The notes under the pieces are model-generated. The model worked only from the letters and a program-made list of their open reading frames with translations, had not been told where the DNA came from and did not search any database. 64,000 bases of DNA from assembly GCA_965219445.1 (NCBI GenBank), contig CBDCNQ010000005.1, forward strand, positions 512,001 through 576,000, read 5' to 3'. Positions 28,207-38,615 of the stretch are shown piece by piece; the stretch's first letter is position 1, and each line of letters begins with the position of its first letter. A program made the translations under genes and the position numbers. The stretch comes from Longimicrobiales bacterium. GTDB taxonomy: Bacteria; Gemmatimonadota; Gemmatimonadetes; Longimicrobiales; Gaopeijiaceae.

Positions 28207-30057
28207 TTATCCTCCGGATAGCACCCGGGCTGGATCTTGGCTCGCTGCATGCCGTGCCGGGCCCCAAGCGCCCCACACTGAGACGACAGAGAGGAAGGAC
28301 GTCCAGACCAAAACCCACTCCATCGGTGGAGGCGAGATTTCTGGGATCACAAGCTGGAGTCGGCCCAAGAAAACCAGTCCAAAGAAAAGACCGACTAGGG
28401 TACCCCAGGCCAAACGATTGAGGGATCGCCGAATTACGAGTGTCCTGATTCTCGCGGGCGCGGCTCCAACAGCCATCCGCAGGCCGATTTCTGCTGCGGA
28501 ACGCTCCATCGACACGCGCATCACCGCTCGCACCGCGGCCACCACAACGAACAGGGCGATCGCCGCCACCGCCAGGAGCGCCTGTCTCAGCCATGAAAGA
28601 GGAGCCCAGGACATCCTCCGGACGGTGGTAACCGTCCTCGGTGGGCCCGCAGCCATCGTGGACGGTATCAGAGCAGCCAGGCGTTCAAGGTCCGCTGCCG
28701 AGGAAGAACTCGGCCGGACGATCAACGTGGCTCGGGCCGGAGGCACTTGGAGCGCAGAGAGGTAGAGCGTCGGCCGTTGTGAGGATCGTGCCCCCATCGC
28801 CACGGCCCGGGGCTCCTCCACGACGCCGATGACGTCGAACCAATCTCCACGCGGGCCGCCGATCTGGACGCCCCTCCCGAGGGGCTCGCCCCGCTCGAAG
28901 TACGTGTCCGCCAGGCTCCTGTTGACGATCGCCACTCGGTCGGAGCCCAAGACATCGGTAAACGTAAACTCGCGACCGCTGACGATTTCATAGCCGATCA
29001 ACCCGAAGAAGCCTGGCCCCACTGCGTGATGGTCGGCAGTGGCGATCAGGAAGGGCATAGGCCACCCCCCGATGAAGCATCGACCGCATTGAGTCATCAC
29101 GATGCCGTTGGCTCCCAACCCAAGCAGCGCACCGGGACTCGCGATGCTCTCCGCCTCGATGTCGGGCCTCTCCGCCAACCCCGCGAGGAGTGATTCGTAC
29201 AGCCGGGCACGCGACGGCCCTGGCGTGGTCGCTGCAACCTCCATCGGAATCACAACCGTGTCGTCTCCCAGGACGTCGACTCCAGCGCGCGCCGGACTCG
29301 AACCGACGAGCCCCCCGATCAACACGAGTACCGAAACGGCGACGGCCACCTGGCAGACCACCGCCGCGTCCCGCCCGAACGACTCACCTCGATCTGGTAG
29401 CCCGGAACTCTGCCGAGAAAGGAAAGTAGATAGCCGCCTGTGCCTCCAGATTGCGAGCCCCGGAAGGACCGTTATGGCGATTACGACCCCCGTGGCCGCC
29501 ACCACTGCGCCGAACGTCAACGCCCCGTCGAGCAAAGACCATCCGAGCACCTGGTCCGGCCAGGTCCATCGAATGGCAACGCCCAATGAGAGCACCACGC
29601 CAAGCGCCACCGCACCGGCCCTACGCCCTCGGACCCCGACATCCCGCACAAGGTCGAGCGTAAGACGCCATCGATCGATTCCAAGAGCAGACTGAATGGC
29701 CACGGAGCGCGTCGCCGCAATACGCTCCTCCGCTAGGAGCAGGACACCACAGACCGCGGCTGCGGCCGCAGCCAGAAGAAGCGCTACGGTTAGGAGGCCC
29801 AGCAAACTTGTAAAGGCTAATTCCTGTCCGGCGGAAGCAGGAATAAGGGCCGGTGTCCACTCTCCCGGCCATCCCGGATCCGCCACCGGAGGCACCGTCA
29901 TGAGGGACCCCCGGCCCGGACCCAGCACCATCCCCGCGATCGCGCAGAGCCCGGCGGCCAGGCCTACGAAGGAGGAGACAAGGTACTTGGACGAGCGTTT
30001 CAAGCCGACTCGCCACAGGATCGAGGTCCTGCCACCGAGAACGCAACTAAGGCACAA
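28207..30057 (-). CDS. MacB/FtsX-like ABC transporter permease
   Basis: GREFT..D, VAIVNRSLA, VIGVVEE, EIGLRMAVGA, WGPARHAASQDP; start uncertain. Confidence 0.85.
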   Translation of the reverse strand: MCLSCVLGGRTSILWRVGLKRSSKYLVSSFVGLAAGLCAIAGMVLGPGRGSLMTVPPVADPGWPGEWTPALIPASAGQELAFTSLLGLLTVALLLAAAAAAVCGVLLLAEERIAATRSVAIQSALGIDRWRLTLDLVRDVGVRGRRAGAVALGVVLSLGVAIRWTWPDQVLGWSLLDGALTFGAVVAATGVVIAITVLPGLAIWRHRRLSTFLSRQSSGLPDRGESFGRDAAVVCQVAVAVSVLVLIGGLVGSSPARAGVDVLGDDTVVIPMEVAATTPGPSRARLYESLLAGLAERPDIEAESIASPGALLGLGANGIVMTQCGRCFIGGWPMPFLIATADHHAVGPGFFGLIGYEIVSGREFTFTDVLGSDRVAIVNRSLADTYFERGEPLGRGVQIGGPRGDWFDVIGVVEEPRAVAMGARSSQRPTLYLSALQVPPARATLIVRPSSSSAADLERLAALIPSTMAAGPPRTVTTVRRMSWAPLSWLRQALLAVAAIALFVVVAAVRAVMRVSMERSAAEIGLRMAVGAAPARIRTLVIRRSLNRLAWGTLVGLFFGLVFLGRLQLVIPEISPPPMEWVLVWTSFLSVVSVWGAWGPARHAASQDPARVLSGG

Positions 30058-30242
30058 AGCGTCCCAACATACGTTCCCTCGATTTTCCGACTAAGGCATC
30101 GGCGGAGGGTTGCGTTCAGAAGGGAGATGGGATCGGACATTGAGGACAAGATGCGTCTAAGACGTCTGGGGCTGCAAGCGCCCTAACCTCATCATGCCGC
30201 CCACTTCGTGCAGGTAGCCAGTCCCGGACGAGCAAGGACCTA

Positions 30243-31171
30243 CTACGTGCTCTGAAGTGCCACGGCCGGTGGGATGCGCGCGGCCTTCAAGGCGGGGATG
30301 ATGGCGCCAAGCGCCGCCACTGGGAGGAAGATCACCGCCCCTCCGACAAGGGTCAGAGGATCGAAAGGACTGACGCCGTATAGCAAAGAAGTTAGGAGCC
30401 GACCCATCGCTAAAGCCGCTAAGAGTCCGATCGCGACCCCCGCTCCCGCGAGTCGCATCCCTTGCATGAGAATCATCCTGCGCACCTTCGTGGAGTCCGC
30501 ACCCAACGCCAGGCGCACTCCTATCTCCGAGGTTCGCTGGCTCACGATGTAGGAAATAACGCCGTAAATCCCCACCGATCCCAAGAACAACGCGATGATT
30601 GCCGCTAGCACAAGCACAGACATCGTGAAGCTGGTGCGGCTCATCGAATCTGCCACCACTTCCTACATGGATCTGATGTCGCTGAGCCGTACCGATTCGC
30701 CCAGAGACCATCGCTCAGGAGCGCCACCCCGGGACCGTCGGGGACGCCCTCTTCGGCTGTCGGAAAACGGCCACGCTGGGGCAGCGTTCCGACGACTTCG
30801 AAGGCCCCGGCCGTCATCCTGATGACATCGACTTGTAAAGGCTGGCCATCCCCAGTCAGGGGAAATGGTAACCGCCCATTGTACCCGCCGAAACTGTCGA
30901 ACGCGCGGTTGTTGTTCACGAAGTGCCAATAACTGCGATCGGAGAAGGGGAACCCGGGTGTATTAACGGTCGAGGCGGACACCCTTACGAGACGGTCTGC
31001 GTCAGGATACGGAAGGGGGCGGAGCAGGACCCCATCCACGACAGAGAAGATCGCCGTGTTCGCGCCGATTGCTACGGCCAAGGTGAGGACGGCGACAGCC
31101 GTGAAGCCGCGATCTTTCAGGAGGGTGCGAAGCGCCAGCCGAACGTCTTGTAGGATGGACATAGCAGGCAA
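30243..31171 (-). pseudogene. ADOP-type ABC permease with a large internal deletion
   Basis: The N-terminus (QDVRLALRTL..IGANTAIFSVV..PLPYPD) is fused out of frame near 30685 to the C-terminus (EIGVRLALGA..IPALKAARIPP), with an in-frame TAG. Confidence 0.85.
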
Positions 31172-31245
31172 TATGCGTCTAAGGCGTGTGGCGCGGCAAG
31201 CGGGCGAGGGTTCGGGGGCTGCGAGTCAGGGTCCGAGGTGACGGA

Positions 31246-31375
31246 TGTTCGATATTGGGAATCGAGGTCCCGCGGGTGGGCACCACGGAGGGTTTGAAAG
31301 ACAGAACGACGGGTACTCTAACCACAATAGGGATAGTGGGTTACGTAGATATCCTATTATTGGCATGAACCTTTC
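31246..31375 (+). promoter_or_regulatory. Candidate activator site and sigma-54-like promoter for the efflux operon
   Basis: TGTTCGATATTGGGAA (31246-31261) resembles TGTCCGATTTTGGGAC (36386-36401). TGGCATGAACCTTTC (31361-31375) has the -24 GG, but TC rather than GC at -12. Confidence 0.35.
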
Positions 31376-31504
31376 CCAAAGAGGGGACGTGAACCTACAG
31401 ACTGATACAGTGACGCGGGGCCGAATCGAAGCGTGCGCTATGAAACATGTGAGCGTTCGACGGAGATCGAGGGTGACGCGAATGCTGGAATGGGGGAAGA
31501 GCAA

Positions 31505-32998
31505 GTGAACAGAGCGTTGACCATGACGGCGGCTTCACTTTTGGCCACAGTCACAATGGCGCTGGGGCAGGAAACGGTACGCCTCACGTTGGACGAAGCG
31601 ATCGACTTCGCCCGTGAGAACAACCCCACCTTCCTCACGACGCAGAACGACGAGGCTCAGGCCGATTGGGCCGTGAGAGAAGCCACGAGCAATCTCTTCA
31701 TTCCGTCGGTCACGGCTTTCGGGCAGGCACGGTACCGGTCTCCGGGCTTGTCGCGGATTGGGACGATCAACACGGGTGGGGTTGAGCAGGGGGCGCAATA
31801 CACGTCCTTCTATCAACTTCGAGCGACGTACACGCTGAACGGGAACACGCTGTTCGGTTTCAGCAGCGCTAAAGCGGATCGGAACGCTGCCCGCTGGCTT
31901 ACGAACGCGGCGGAATTTACGATGGGATCCGTGGTCACGCTCCAATACATGACGGCGTTGCGGGCGCGAGACCAAGTCGAAGTCGCCCGCCGACAGGTCG
32001 AGAGCTCGATGGAGAATCTCGAAATCGCACAGGCACGCGTCGATGCCCAGGCAGCCATCGTCACGGACGCCAGGCGGGCGCAGGTCCAGTTGGGAAGGGA
32101 CTCCGTTGCCCTGCTATGGGCGGAGTCGGCCCAGCGCGTAGGAACGCTCGGGCTCTTAGAGACCATCGGCCTCAATCTTGGCGCCGACGTGGAGCTGGTG
32201 AGCGAATTCGAAGTGTTTCGCCCCTCGTGGACGAGTACGGAGTTGATCTCGATCGCCCTGAAGTCCCACCCCCGGCTCAACGCGTTCGTGGCCAACGAAG
32301 GCGCTCGGCGCGCCAACCTGCGGCAAACCCGTGGCCAATATTTTCCCAACGTTTCTCTGACGGGCTCTTGGGACGGGTTTACGCAGGAGATCGAGAACGG
32401 GGAATTCAACGTCGCGGCTGCCGAAACGGGCGTTGCCCGGTCCATCGAGAACTGTAATACGTTCAACGCCATATCAGCGGGGCTGAGTTCGCCTCTGGCA
32501 GGGTTTCCCGAGGATTGTTCGGCGCTGACACTCAGCGACAAGGGCCGACAGGCGATTCTCGACGCGAACAATGTCTTCCCCTTCAACTTCACGAGCCAGC
32601 CATTCCGGGCAACGTTGAGTGTGAGTATTCCGATTTTCAACGGGTTCAGCAGGGAGCGGCAAGTGTCTCAGGCCACCAATGCACTGGAGGACGCCGAGCA
32701 TTCTCGCCGGGCGGAAGAACTACGGCTCAGGACCGCCGTGACGTCCGCGTACGACGCTCTGATGACCGCCTACACTGTGGTGCAAGTAGAGGAGCGGAAT
32801 CGGGAGGTGGCCGCCGAACAGCTGGAGCTGTCCCGCCAGCGATACGCTTTGGGTGCCGATCCTTTCCTTGTCTTGCTCGACGCCGAACGTACAATGGCGG
32901 ATGGGGAACGCGCTTATCTGGACAGTTTATACGCCTTCCATCTCGAGCTGGTGAATCTCGAAAATGCGGTGGGCCAGGGGCTCTGCCCCGAAGAGTAG
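31505..32998 (+). CDS. TolC-family outer membrane efflux protein
   Basis: Signal peptide, LTLDEAIDFARENNP, YFPNVSL, SIPIFNGF, RYALG. Confidence 0.9.
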   Translation: MNRALTMTAASLLATVTMALGQETVRLTLDEAIDFARENNPTFLTTQNDEAQADWAVREATSNLFIPSVTAFGQARYRSPGLSRIGTINTGGVEQGAQYTSFYQLRATYTLNGNTLFGFSSAKADRNAARWLTNAAEFTMGSVVTLQYMTALRARDQVEVARRQVESSMENLEIAQARVDAQAAIVTDARRAQVQLGRDSVALLWAESAQRVGTLGLLETIGLNLGADVELVSEFEVFRPSWTSTELISIALKSHPRLNAFVANEGARRANLRQTRGQYFPNVSLTGSWDGFTQEIENGEFNVAAAETGVARSIENCNTFNAISAGLSSPLAGFPEDCSALTLSDKGRQAILDANNVFPFNFTSQPFRATLSVSIPIFNGFSRERQVSQATNALEDAEHSRRAEELRLRTAVTSAYDALMTAYTVVQVEERNREVAAEQLELSRQRYALGADPFLVLLDAERTMADGERAYLDSLYAFHLELVNLENAVGQGLCPEE

Positions 32999-33064
32999 AG
33001 AAGCGAAACGTAGGCTGGGCGGCTATGGTCGTTCCGGCCGAAACTTATAAGGAGCGAGGTCTTC

Positions 33065-34321
33065 GTGGACATTGCCCGCGATCCCAAGCCGAAAACGAGA
33101 AAACGGATCATCCAGTGGTCGGTCGCGGCCGTGGCGGCGATCCTGATTATCGGGGCGTTGAGGAATCTTCAACCCGCGGCGCCCAGCGTCGATGCGGCGA
33201 CCGTTTGGATGGACACGGTTATGCACGGAACCATGGTGCGCCAGGTTCGCGGACCCGGTACGCTCGTGCCTGAGCAAATGCGCTGGGTCACCGCTCTGAC
33301 GGCCGGGCGTGTGGAGCAAATCGTCGTCTTGCCCGGAACCGTGATCGAGGAAAACACGGTGATCATCCGGATGAGCAATCCGGACGTAGACGTCGCATTG
33401 CTTCAAGCCCAACAGGCGCTCAACACGGCCGAAGCGACCCTGATTCAAACACGCTCGACCCTGGAGACGCAGCGCCTCACCCAGGCCGGGCTCCTGGCCC
33501 AGATGCGCACCCAATATGGAAATGCCCAGCGGGAGCACGCCACCAACCAGCGTCTTTACGATACGAATCCCGAGTTGGTCGCCGCGACCGAGTTGGCCAG
33601 GACCCGGGACGCGGTGGAGGAGGTACAGGAGCGAGTGCGGATTGAAGAGGAGCAGGTGGAGTTGCTCGCTGCCTCGGCCGTCGATCAGGTGGAGGCCCAA
33701 CTGATCAACATCAGCAGTTTGTCCGACATCGTCGAGTTCAACCGTGATCGAGTGGCTTCAATGGAGGTGACGGCAGGCGTTTCCGGGGTTCTGGCGGAGT
33801 TGCCGCTCGACGAAGGCCAGTGGGTTCAGTCGGGCGGGACGCTGGCCAGGGTCGTGCAGCCGGGGCGCCTCAAGGCCGAGGTCCGGATTCCCCAGACACA
33901 GGCCCAAGACATCACAGCGGGTCAGGTCGCGTACATCGACACGCGAAACGACACTATTGTGGGGCAAGTCGTGCGCATCGATCCTTCGGTACAGAACGGC
34001 ACCGTGACCATCGACGTTGCGCTTCCTGCCGACCTTCCGCGAAGCGCTCGTCCGGACCTGAGCATCGACGGCAACGTGGTGATCCAGCGGCTGGACGACG
34101 TGACGTACGTCGGACGTCCCGCATACGGCCAAGCGAATCAGCGGGTGGGCATGTTCAAGTTGGTCGAGGACGGTCAGTTCGCGGAACGCGTGAGCGTGAT
34201 GTTGGGGGCCAGCTCGGTCAACGAGATCGCAGTGATAGACGGACTGCAGGAGGGGGACATCGTGATCCTGTCGGACATGTCCAGCTGGGACGGATTCGAT
34301 CGGCTCCGTTTGAGGAACTAG
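33065..34321 (+). CDS. Efflux periplasmic adaptor (MacA/HlyD family)
   Basis: N-terminal TM segment, VRGPGTLVP, GRVEQI, coiled-coil, EGQWV..G..LARV, GLQEGD.VILS. Confidence 0.9.
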   Translation: MDIARDPKPKTRKRIIQWSVAAVAAILIIGALRNLQPAAPSVDAATVWMDTVMHGTMVRQVRGPGTLVPEQMRWVTALTAGRVEQIVVLPGTVIEENTVIIRMSNPDVDVALLQAQQALNTAEATLIQTRSTLETQRLTQAGLLAQMRTQYGNAQREHATNQRLYDTNPELVAATELARTRDAVEEVQERVRIEEEQVELLAASAVDQVEAQLINISSLSDIVEFNRDRVASMEVTAGVSGVLAELPLDEGQWVQSGGTLARVVQPGRLKAEVRIPQTQAQDITAGQVAYIDTRNDTIVGQVVRIDPSVQNGTVTIDVALPADLPRSARPDLSIDGNVVIQRLDDVTYVGRPAYGQANQRVGMFKLVEDGQFAERVSVMLGASSVNEIAVIDGLQEGDIVILSDMSSWDGFDRLRLRN

Positions 34322-35459
34322 TGTAGTGTAGCAGAAATCTTATGCCTAATAGATACATGCGGTAGATTCCTCGCATGGGACTTCCAGTGCGTAGGATTCG
34401 GTTGCGCCGAGGAGAACGCAGGCGCTTGGAGCGATTGGTGAACAAACGGACCACACCGCAACGCGTGGTCGAAAGGGCCAACATCGTTCTCTGCTCTGCC
34501 GAGGGACGGTCGTGGTCGGCGATCTGCCGGGAGGTGTGGGCGTATCGAGGCCGACGGTCACGCAGTGGCTCGACCGGTACGAGGCAGGTGGCGTTGAAGA
34601 GCTGCTCGAGGACCGACCACGCTCGGGTCGACCCCGCAAGATCACTCCGGACGACGAAGCGGAGATTGTCCGCAAGACCCTCGAGGAGAAGCCCGCAGAC
34701 GCCACGCACTGGAGTTGCCGTCTCATGGCCAAGGAAGTGGGCGTCCATCCGACCACCATCTCGCGGATCTGGCGGGCTCATGGACTACAGCCCCACCGCA
34801 TCGAGTACTTCAAGCTGTCCACTGATCCTCACTTCGTTGAAAAGTTGCGCGACGTGGTGGGTCTCTACGTCGATCCCCCGGAGCGGGCCGTTGTCTTCGC
34901 TTTCGACGAGAAGAGCCAGATCCAAGCCCTCGACCGCACCCAGCCAGGTCTTCCCCTCAAGAAGGGGCGCGCTGGAACCATGACCCATGACTACAAACGT
35001 CACGGCACGACGACACTCTTTGCTGCCCTCGACGTAGCCACCGGGGAGGTCGTCCACGAGTGCTTGCCGCGCCACCGGCATCAGGAGTTTCTGCGGTTCC
35101 TCCGCAAGATCGAGCGCAGCGTGGCTTCCGAACTCGACATCCACGTGATTCTCGACAACTACGCCACCCACAAGCATCCGGCCGTCAGGGCGTGGCTCGA
35201 CAAACACCCTCGGGTCCACTTCCACTTCATTCCCACTTCATCCTCTTGGCTCAATCTCGTCGAGCGCTTCTTCAGCGAACTCACGACTCGTCAGCTCAAG
35301 CGCCTCGCCGTCACCAGCGTGGACCAACTAATCGAGGCGATCAACCACTACATCGATCGCAGAAACGATAACCCCACACCCTTTGTCTGGACCGCCTCTG
35401 CACAATCCATCATCGCCAAGGTCAGCAAAGCGAAAGAGACTTTGGCTACACAGCACTAG
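34318..35459 (+). mobile_element. IS630-family element; transposase 34375-35459 frameshifted near 34535
   Basis: CTAG at both ends; imperfect IRs CTAGTGTAGTGTAGC / CTAGTGCTGTGTAGC; FDEKSQIQAL, HDYKRHGTTTLFAA, DNYATHK, SSWLNLVE. Confidence 0.92.
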
Positions 35460-35522
35460 GAGGGTGGCCGGCGTTCCGGCCGTTCACATTCGCCGTAGCA
35501 TCTGTGGGTTTCCAAGGGAGGG

Positions 35523-36284
35523 ATGATGGAAAACACGTTAGAGCAAGGAAACGCGTCCACGCTGATCGATCTTCAGGGCCTAAGCAAGGTGTTCTACACC
35601 GAGGAGGTGGAAACCCACGCGTTATCCGACATCCACCTGGACATCAAGGCGGGTGAATTCGTTTCGATCGCGGGGCCGTCGGGTTGCGGCAAGACAACGC
35701 TGCTGTCGATCCTCGGACTGCTGGACTCCCCGACCGGTGGGGACTATCTGCTCGACGGTGAGCCTGCGGCCAATCTCACGGCCTCACAGCGGGCGAAGAT
35801 CCGCAACCAGGCGATCGGGTTCATCTTCCAGGTGTTCAACCTGATCGGAGACCTCACGGTCTACGAAAATGTGGAGCTTCCGCTCACCTACCGCGGGATG
35901 GCTGGAGGCGAGCGCAAGGAGCGTGTGCATACGGCTCTCGAACGGGTCGGCATGGCGCACCGCATGAACCACTATCCGAGTCAGCTCTCCGGTGGTCAGC
36001 AACAGCGTGTGGCAGTGGCAAGGGCCATCGTTGGCAAGCCACTCATCCTGCTGGCGGACGAGCCGACGGGTAACCTCGACTCGAAGAACGGGAGCGCCGT
36101 GATGGACCTCATGAAAGAACTGCACGACGAGGGGGCGACGATCTGCATGGTGACGCACGATCCTCGTTACGCGACTGTGGCCGATCGTTCGGTGCACCTC
36201 TTCGACGGCCAGGTGGTGGACGAGGAGGATGCCCAGCGGGTCGAGCATGCGCAGGAGCTGGAGGAGAGCGGCTTCGACGTCTAG
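35523..36284 (+). CDS. ABC transporter ATP-binding protein (MacB/LolD-like)
   Basis: [28 protein letters not shown]. Confidence 0.95.
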   Translation: MMENTLEQGNASTLIDLQGLSKVFYTEEVETHALSDIHLDIKAGEFVSIAGPSGCGKTTLLSILGLLDSPTGGDYLLDGEPAANLTASQRAKIRNQAIGFIFQVFNLIGDLTVYENVELPLTYRGMAGGERKERVHTALERVGMAHRMNHYPSQLSGGQQQRVAVARAIVGKPLILLADEPTGNLDSKNGSAVMDLMKELHDEGATICMVTHDPRYATVADRSVHLFDGQVVDEEDAQRVEHAQELEESGFDV

Positions 36285-36313
36285 GGGAGGGGCCCGGCAG
36301 GCAGAGCGGTGTC

Positions 36314-36347
36314 GAGGGGGCCGCCTTCGGGCCGTCCCCTTCTTGTT
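36314..36347 (+). terminator. Possible intrinsic terminator
   Basis: Imperfect GC hairpin GAGGGGGCCGCC-TTCG-GGCCGTCCCCT followed by TCTTGTT. Confidence 0.4.
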
Positions 36348-36497
36348 CCGAGGGCTTCTGCGGTCCGTTGACGGGAGTCTACGGGTGTCCGATTTTGGGA
36401 CGCGTGTCTCGGTGAGAACCGTCTCTAAGATAAAGACACGTGTCATATTGAAGGCGTCCGATCGGCGATTGAGAGCGGCATACAACCCGTTGGGACC

Positions 36498-37169
36498 ATG
36501 GCGCTGATCCAGACGAAAGGCCTCGAGAAGTCCTACAACACCGGCGCGGGTGAGACCTTCGGCCTCCGGCGGATCGATCTCGAGGTGGAAGCCGGTGACT
36601 TTATCACGATCATGGGGCCCTCGGGTGCTGGAAAATCGACGCTGCTGTCGATCTTGGGCATGTTGGACGGGGATTGGCGGGGCGAGTACTGGCTCGCGGG
36701 TGAGCCGGCGCACGCCATGAAGCCTCGAGCCCGTATCGAACTCAACAAGCGCTATGTGGGGTTCGTCTTCCAGCAGTACCATCTGCTGGACGATCTCACG
36801 GTCTACGAGAACCTGGAAATTCCGCTCTCGTACCGAAACGTGAAGCGGAAGGAGCGACAGGCCATCGTTGCCGACTCCCTCGACCGGTTTCAGATCGTCG
36901 GCAAAAAGGATCTCTATCCATCGCAGCTCTCCGGGGGCCAACAGCAGCTCGTCGCCGTGGCCCGAGCGGTCATCGCCGAGCCGAAGGTCATCCTGGCCGA
37001 CGAACCGACCGGAAGCCTGCATTCGAGCCAGGGCCGCATGATCATGGATCTACTCGCCGAGCTGAACCGTGAGGGAACCACGATCATTCAGGTCACACAC
37101 AACGAGGATTACGCGGCGTACGGGCAACGCATCATTCAGCTCAAGGACGGCTGGATCGTCGACGAGTAG
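36498..37169 (+). CDS. ABC transporter ATP-binding protein (second copy)
   Basis: [22 protein letters not shown]. Confidence 0.95.
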   Translation: MALIQTKGLEKSYNTGAGETFGLRRIDLEVEAGDFITIMGPSGAGKSTLLSILGMLDGDWRGEYWLAGEPAHAMKPRARIELNKRYVGFVFQQYHLLDDLTVYENLEIPLSYRNVKRKERQAIVADSLDRFQIVGKKDLYPSQLSGGQQQLVAVARAVIAEPKVILADEPTGSLHSSQGRMIMDLLAELNREGTTIIQVTHNEDYAAYGQRIIQLKDGWIVDE

Positions 37170-37214
37170 CCCGCGAGGACGAGCGGCTTACGATCGAATG
37201 AGAGGCGGTAGGCG

Positions 37215-38594
37215 ATGAGCACGACGGACACCGGGCGTATCCTGGTCGCGGACGACCAAGCGGACGTTCTGGAAGCGCTCCGAATTCTCCTCAAGGCCGA
37301 GGGCTTCGAGATCGCGACCGCGAACTCGCCCCCGCTCATTCTTTCCAGCATCGAGCAGGCAGACTTCGACGCGGTCCTGATGGACCTCAACTATGCGCGG
37401 GATACGACTTCCGGCGGAGAGGGGATGGACCTCCTCACTCAGATTCGGAGCCTCGATGCCACCCTCCCGGTGTTGGTCATGACGGCCTGGGGAAGTGTAG
37501 ATGGGGCGGTAGAGGCGATGCGGCGGGGGGCACGGGACTACGTCGAGAAACCGTGGGACAATGAGCGGCTACTGAAGACACTCAGGACCCAGGTCGAGTT
37601 GGGAAGGGCTCTCCGCCGGGGTCAGCACCTGGAGGACGAAAACCGTTGGCTTCGTGGCACGGACGCGCCGGACTTCATCGCGGAATCCAAGATCATGAAG
37701 CCCGTTCTGAGGGTAATGGAGAGGGTGGGACCCTCCGAGGCCAACGTGTTGATCACCGGCGAGCATGGCACCGGAAAGGAAGTCGTGGCGCGTTGGATTC
37801 ATGCGGTATCGGGGCGTGTGAAGAATACACTCGTGGCGATCAACGCGGGCGGTTTTTCAGAGGGTGTGTTCGAGAGCGAGTTGTTCGGGCACGTGAAGGG
37901 AGCGTTCACGGACGCCAAGGCGGATCGAATCGGATGCTTCGAGTTGGCGCACCAGGGGACGCTCTTCCTCGACGAGATCTCGAATATCTCCTTGCAACAA
38001 CAGGCGAAGCTTCTGCGCGTACTCGAGACCGGGGAAATCCAGCGCGTGGGCTCGTCCAAGATCAGGAAGGTGGACATCCGCATTCTTGCGGCGACCAATG
38101 CGGATCTCACCGAGATCGTGGCCGGCGGCGAGTTCCGGGAGGATCTACTCTATCGCCTGAATACGGTGGAAATCCACCTGCCTCCACTGAGAGAGCGGAG
38201 CGAAGACATCGTGACACTCGCACTGCATTTTCTCGAACGTCATCGCGCTCGCTATAGAAACGTGGTCAGTGGTTTCGCCGAAAATGCGATACAGGCCCTG
38301 CTCGGGCACTCGTGGCCGGGAAACGTCCGTGAGCTCCAGCACGCGGTTGAGCGCGCTGTCCTCATGGCGCAGGGAGACCTCATCCATTCGGAGGACCTCG
38401 GGCTGACCCCGCGAGCCGACGGGGGTGCCCAGATGGAGCAGCTCACGCTGGACGAGGCGGAGAAGATTCTGATCGAGAGGGCGATAGACCGTAATGACGG
38501 CAACGTCTCCCGCGCCGCGAGTGAACTGGGACTCAGCCGTAGCGCCTTGTACCGGCGGCTCCAACGGTACGGAATCGGGAGCGAGTCGGAGTGA
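37215..38594 (+). CDS. Sigma-54-dependent response regulator (NtrC/AtoC family)
   Basis: REC domain, GEHGTGKE, ELFGHVKGAFTDA, LFLDEI, WPGNVREL, C-terminal HTH. Confidence 0.95.
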   Translation: MSTTDTGRILVADDQADVLEALRILLKAEGFEIATANSPPLILSSIEQADFDAVLMDLNYARDTTSGGEGMDLLTQIRSLDATLPVLVMTAWGSVDGAVEAMRRGARDYVEKPWDNERLLKTLRTQVELGRALRRGQHLEDENRWLRGTDAPDFIAESKIMKPVLRVMERVGPSEANVLITGEHGTGKEVVARWIHAVSGRVKNTLVAINAGGFSEGVFESELFGHVKGAFTDAKADRIGCFELAHQGTLFLDEISNISLQQQAKLLRVLETGEIQRVGSSKIRKVDIRILAATNADLTEIVAGGEFREDLLYRLNTVEIHLPPLRERSEDIVTLALHFLERHRARYRNVVSGFAENAIQALLGHSWPGNVRELQHAVERAVLMAQGDLIHSEDLGLTPRADGGAQMEQLTLDEAEKILIERAIDRNDGNVSRAASELGLSRSALYRRLQRYGIGSESE

Positions 38595-38615
38595 TCCGGG
38601 GGTGAAAAGCACCAG

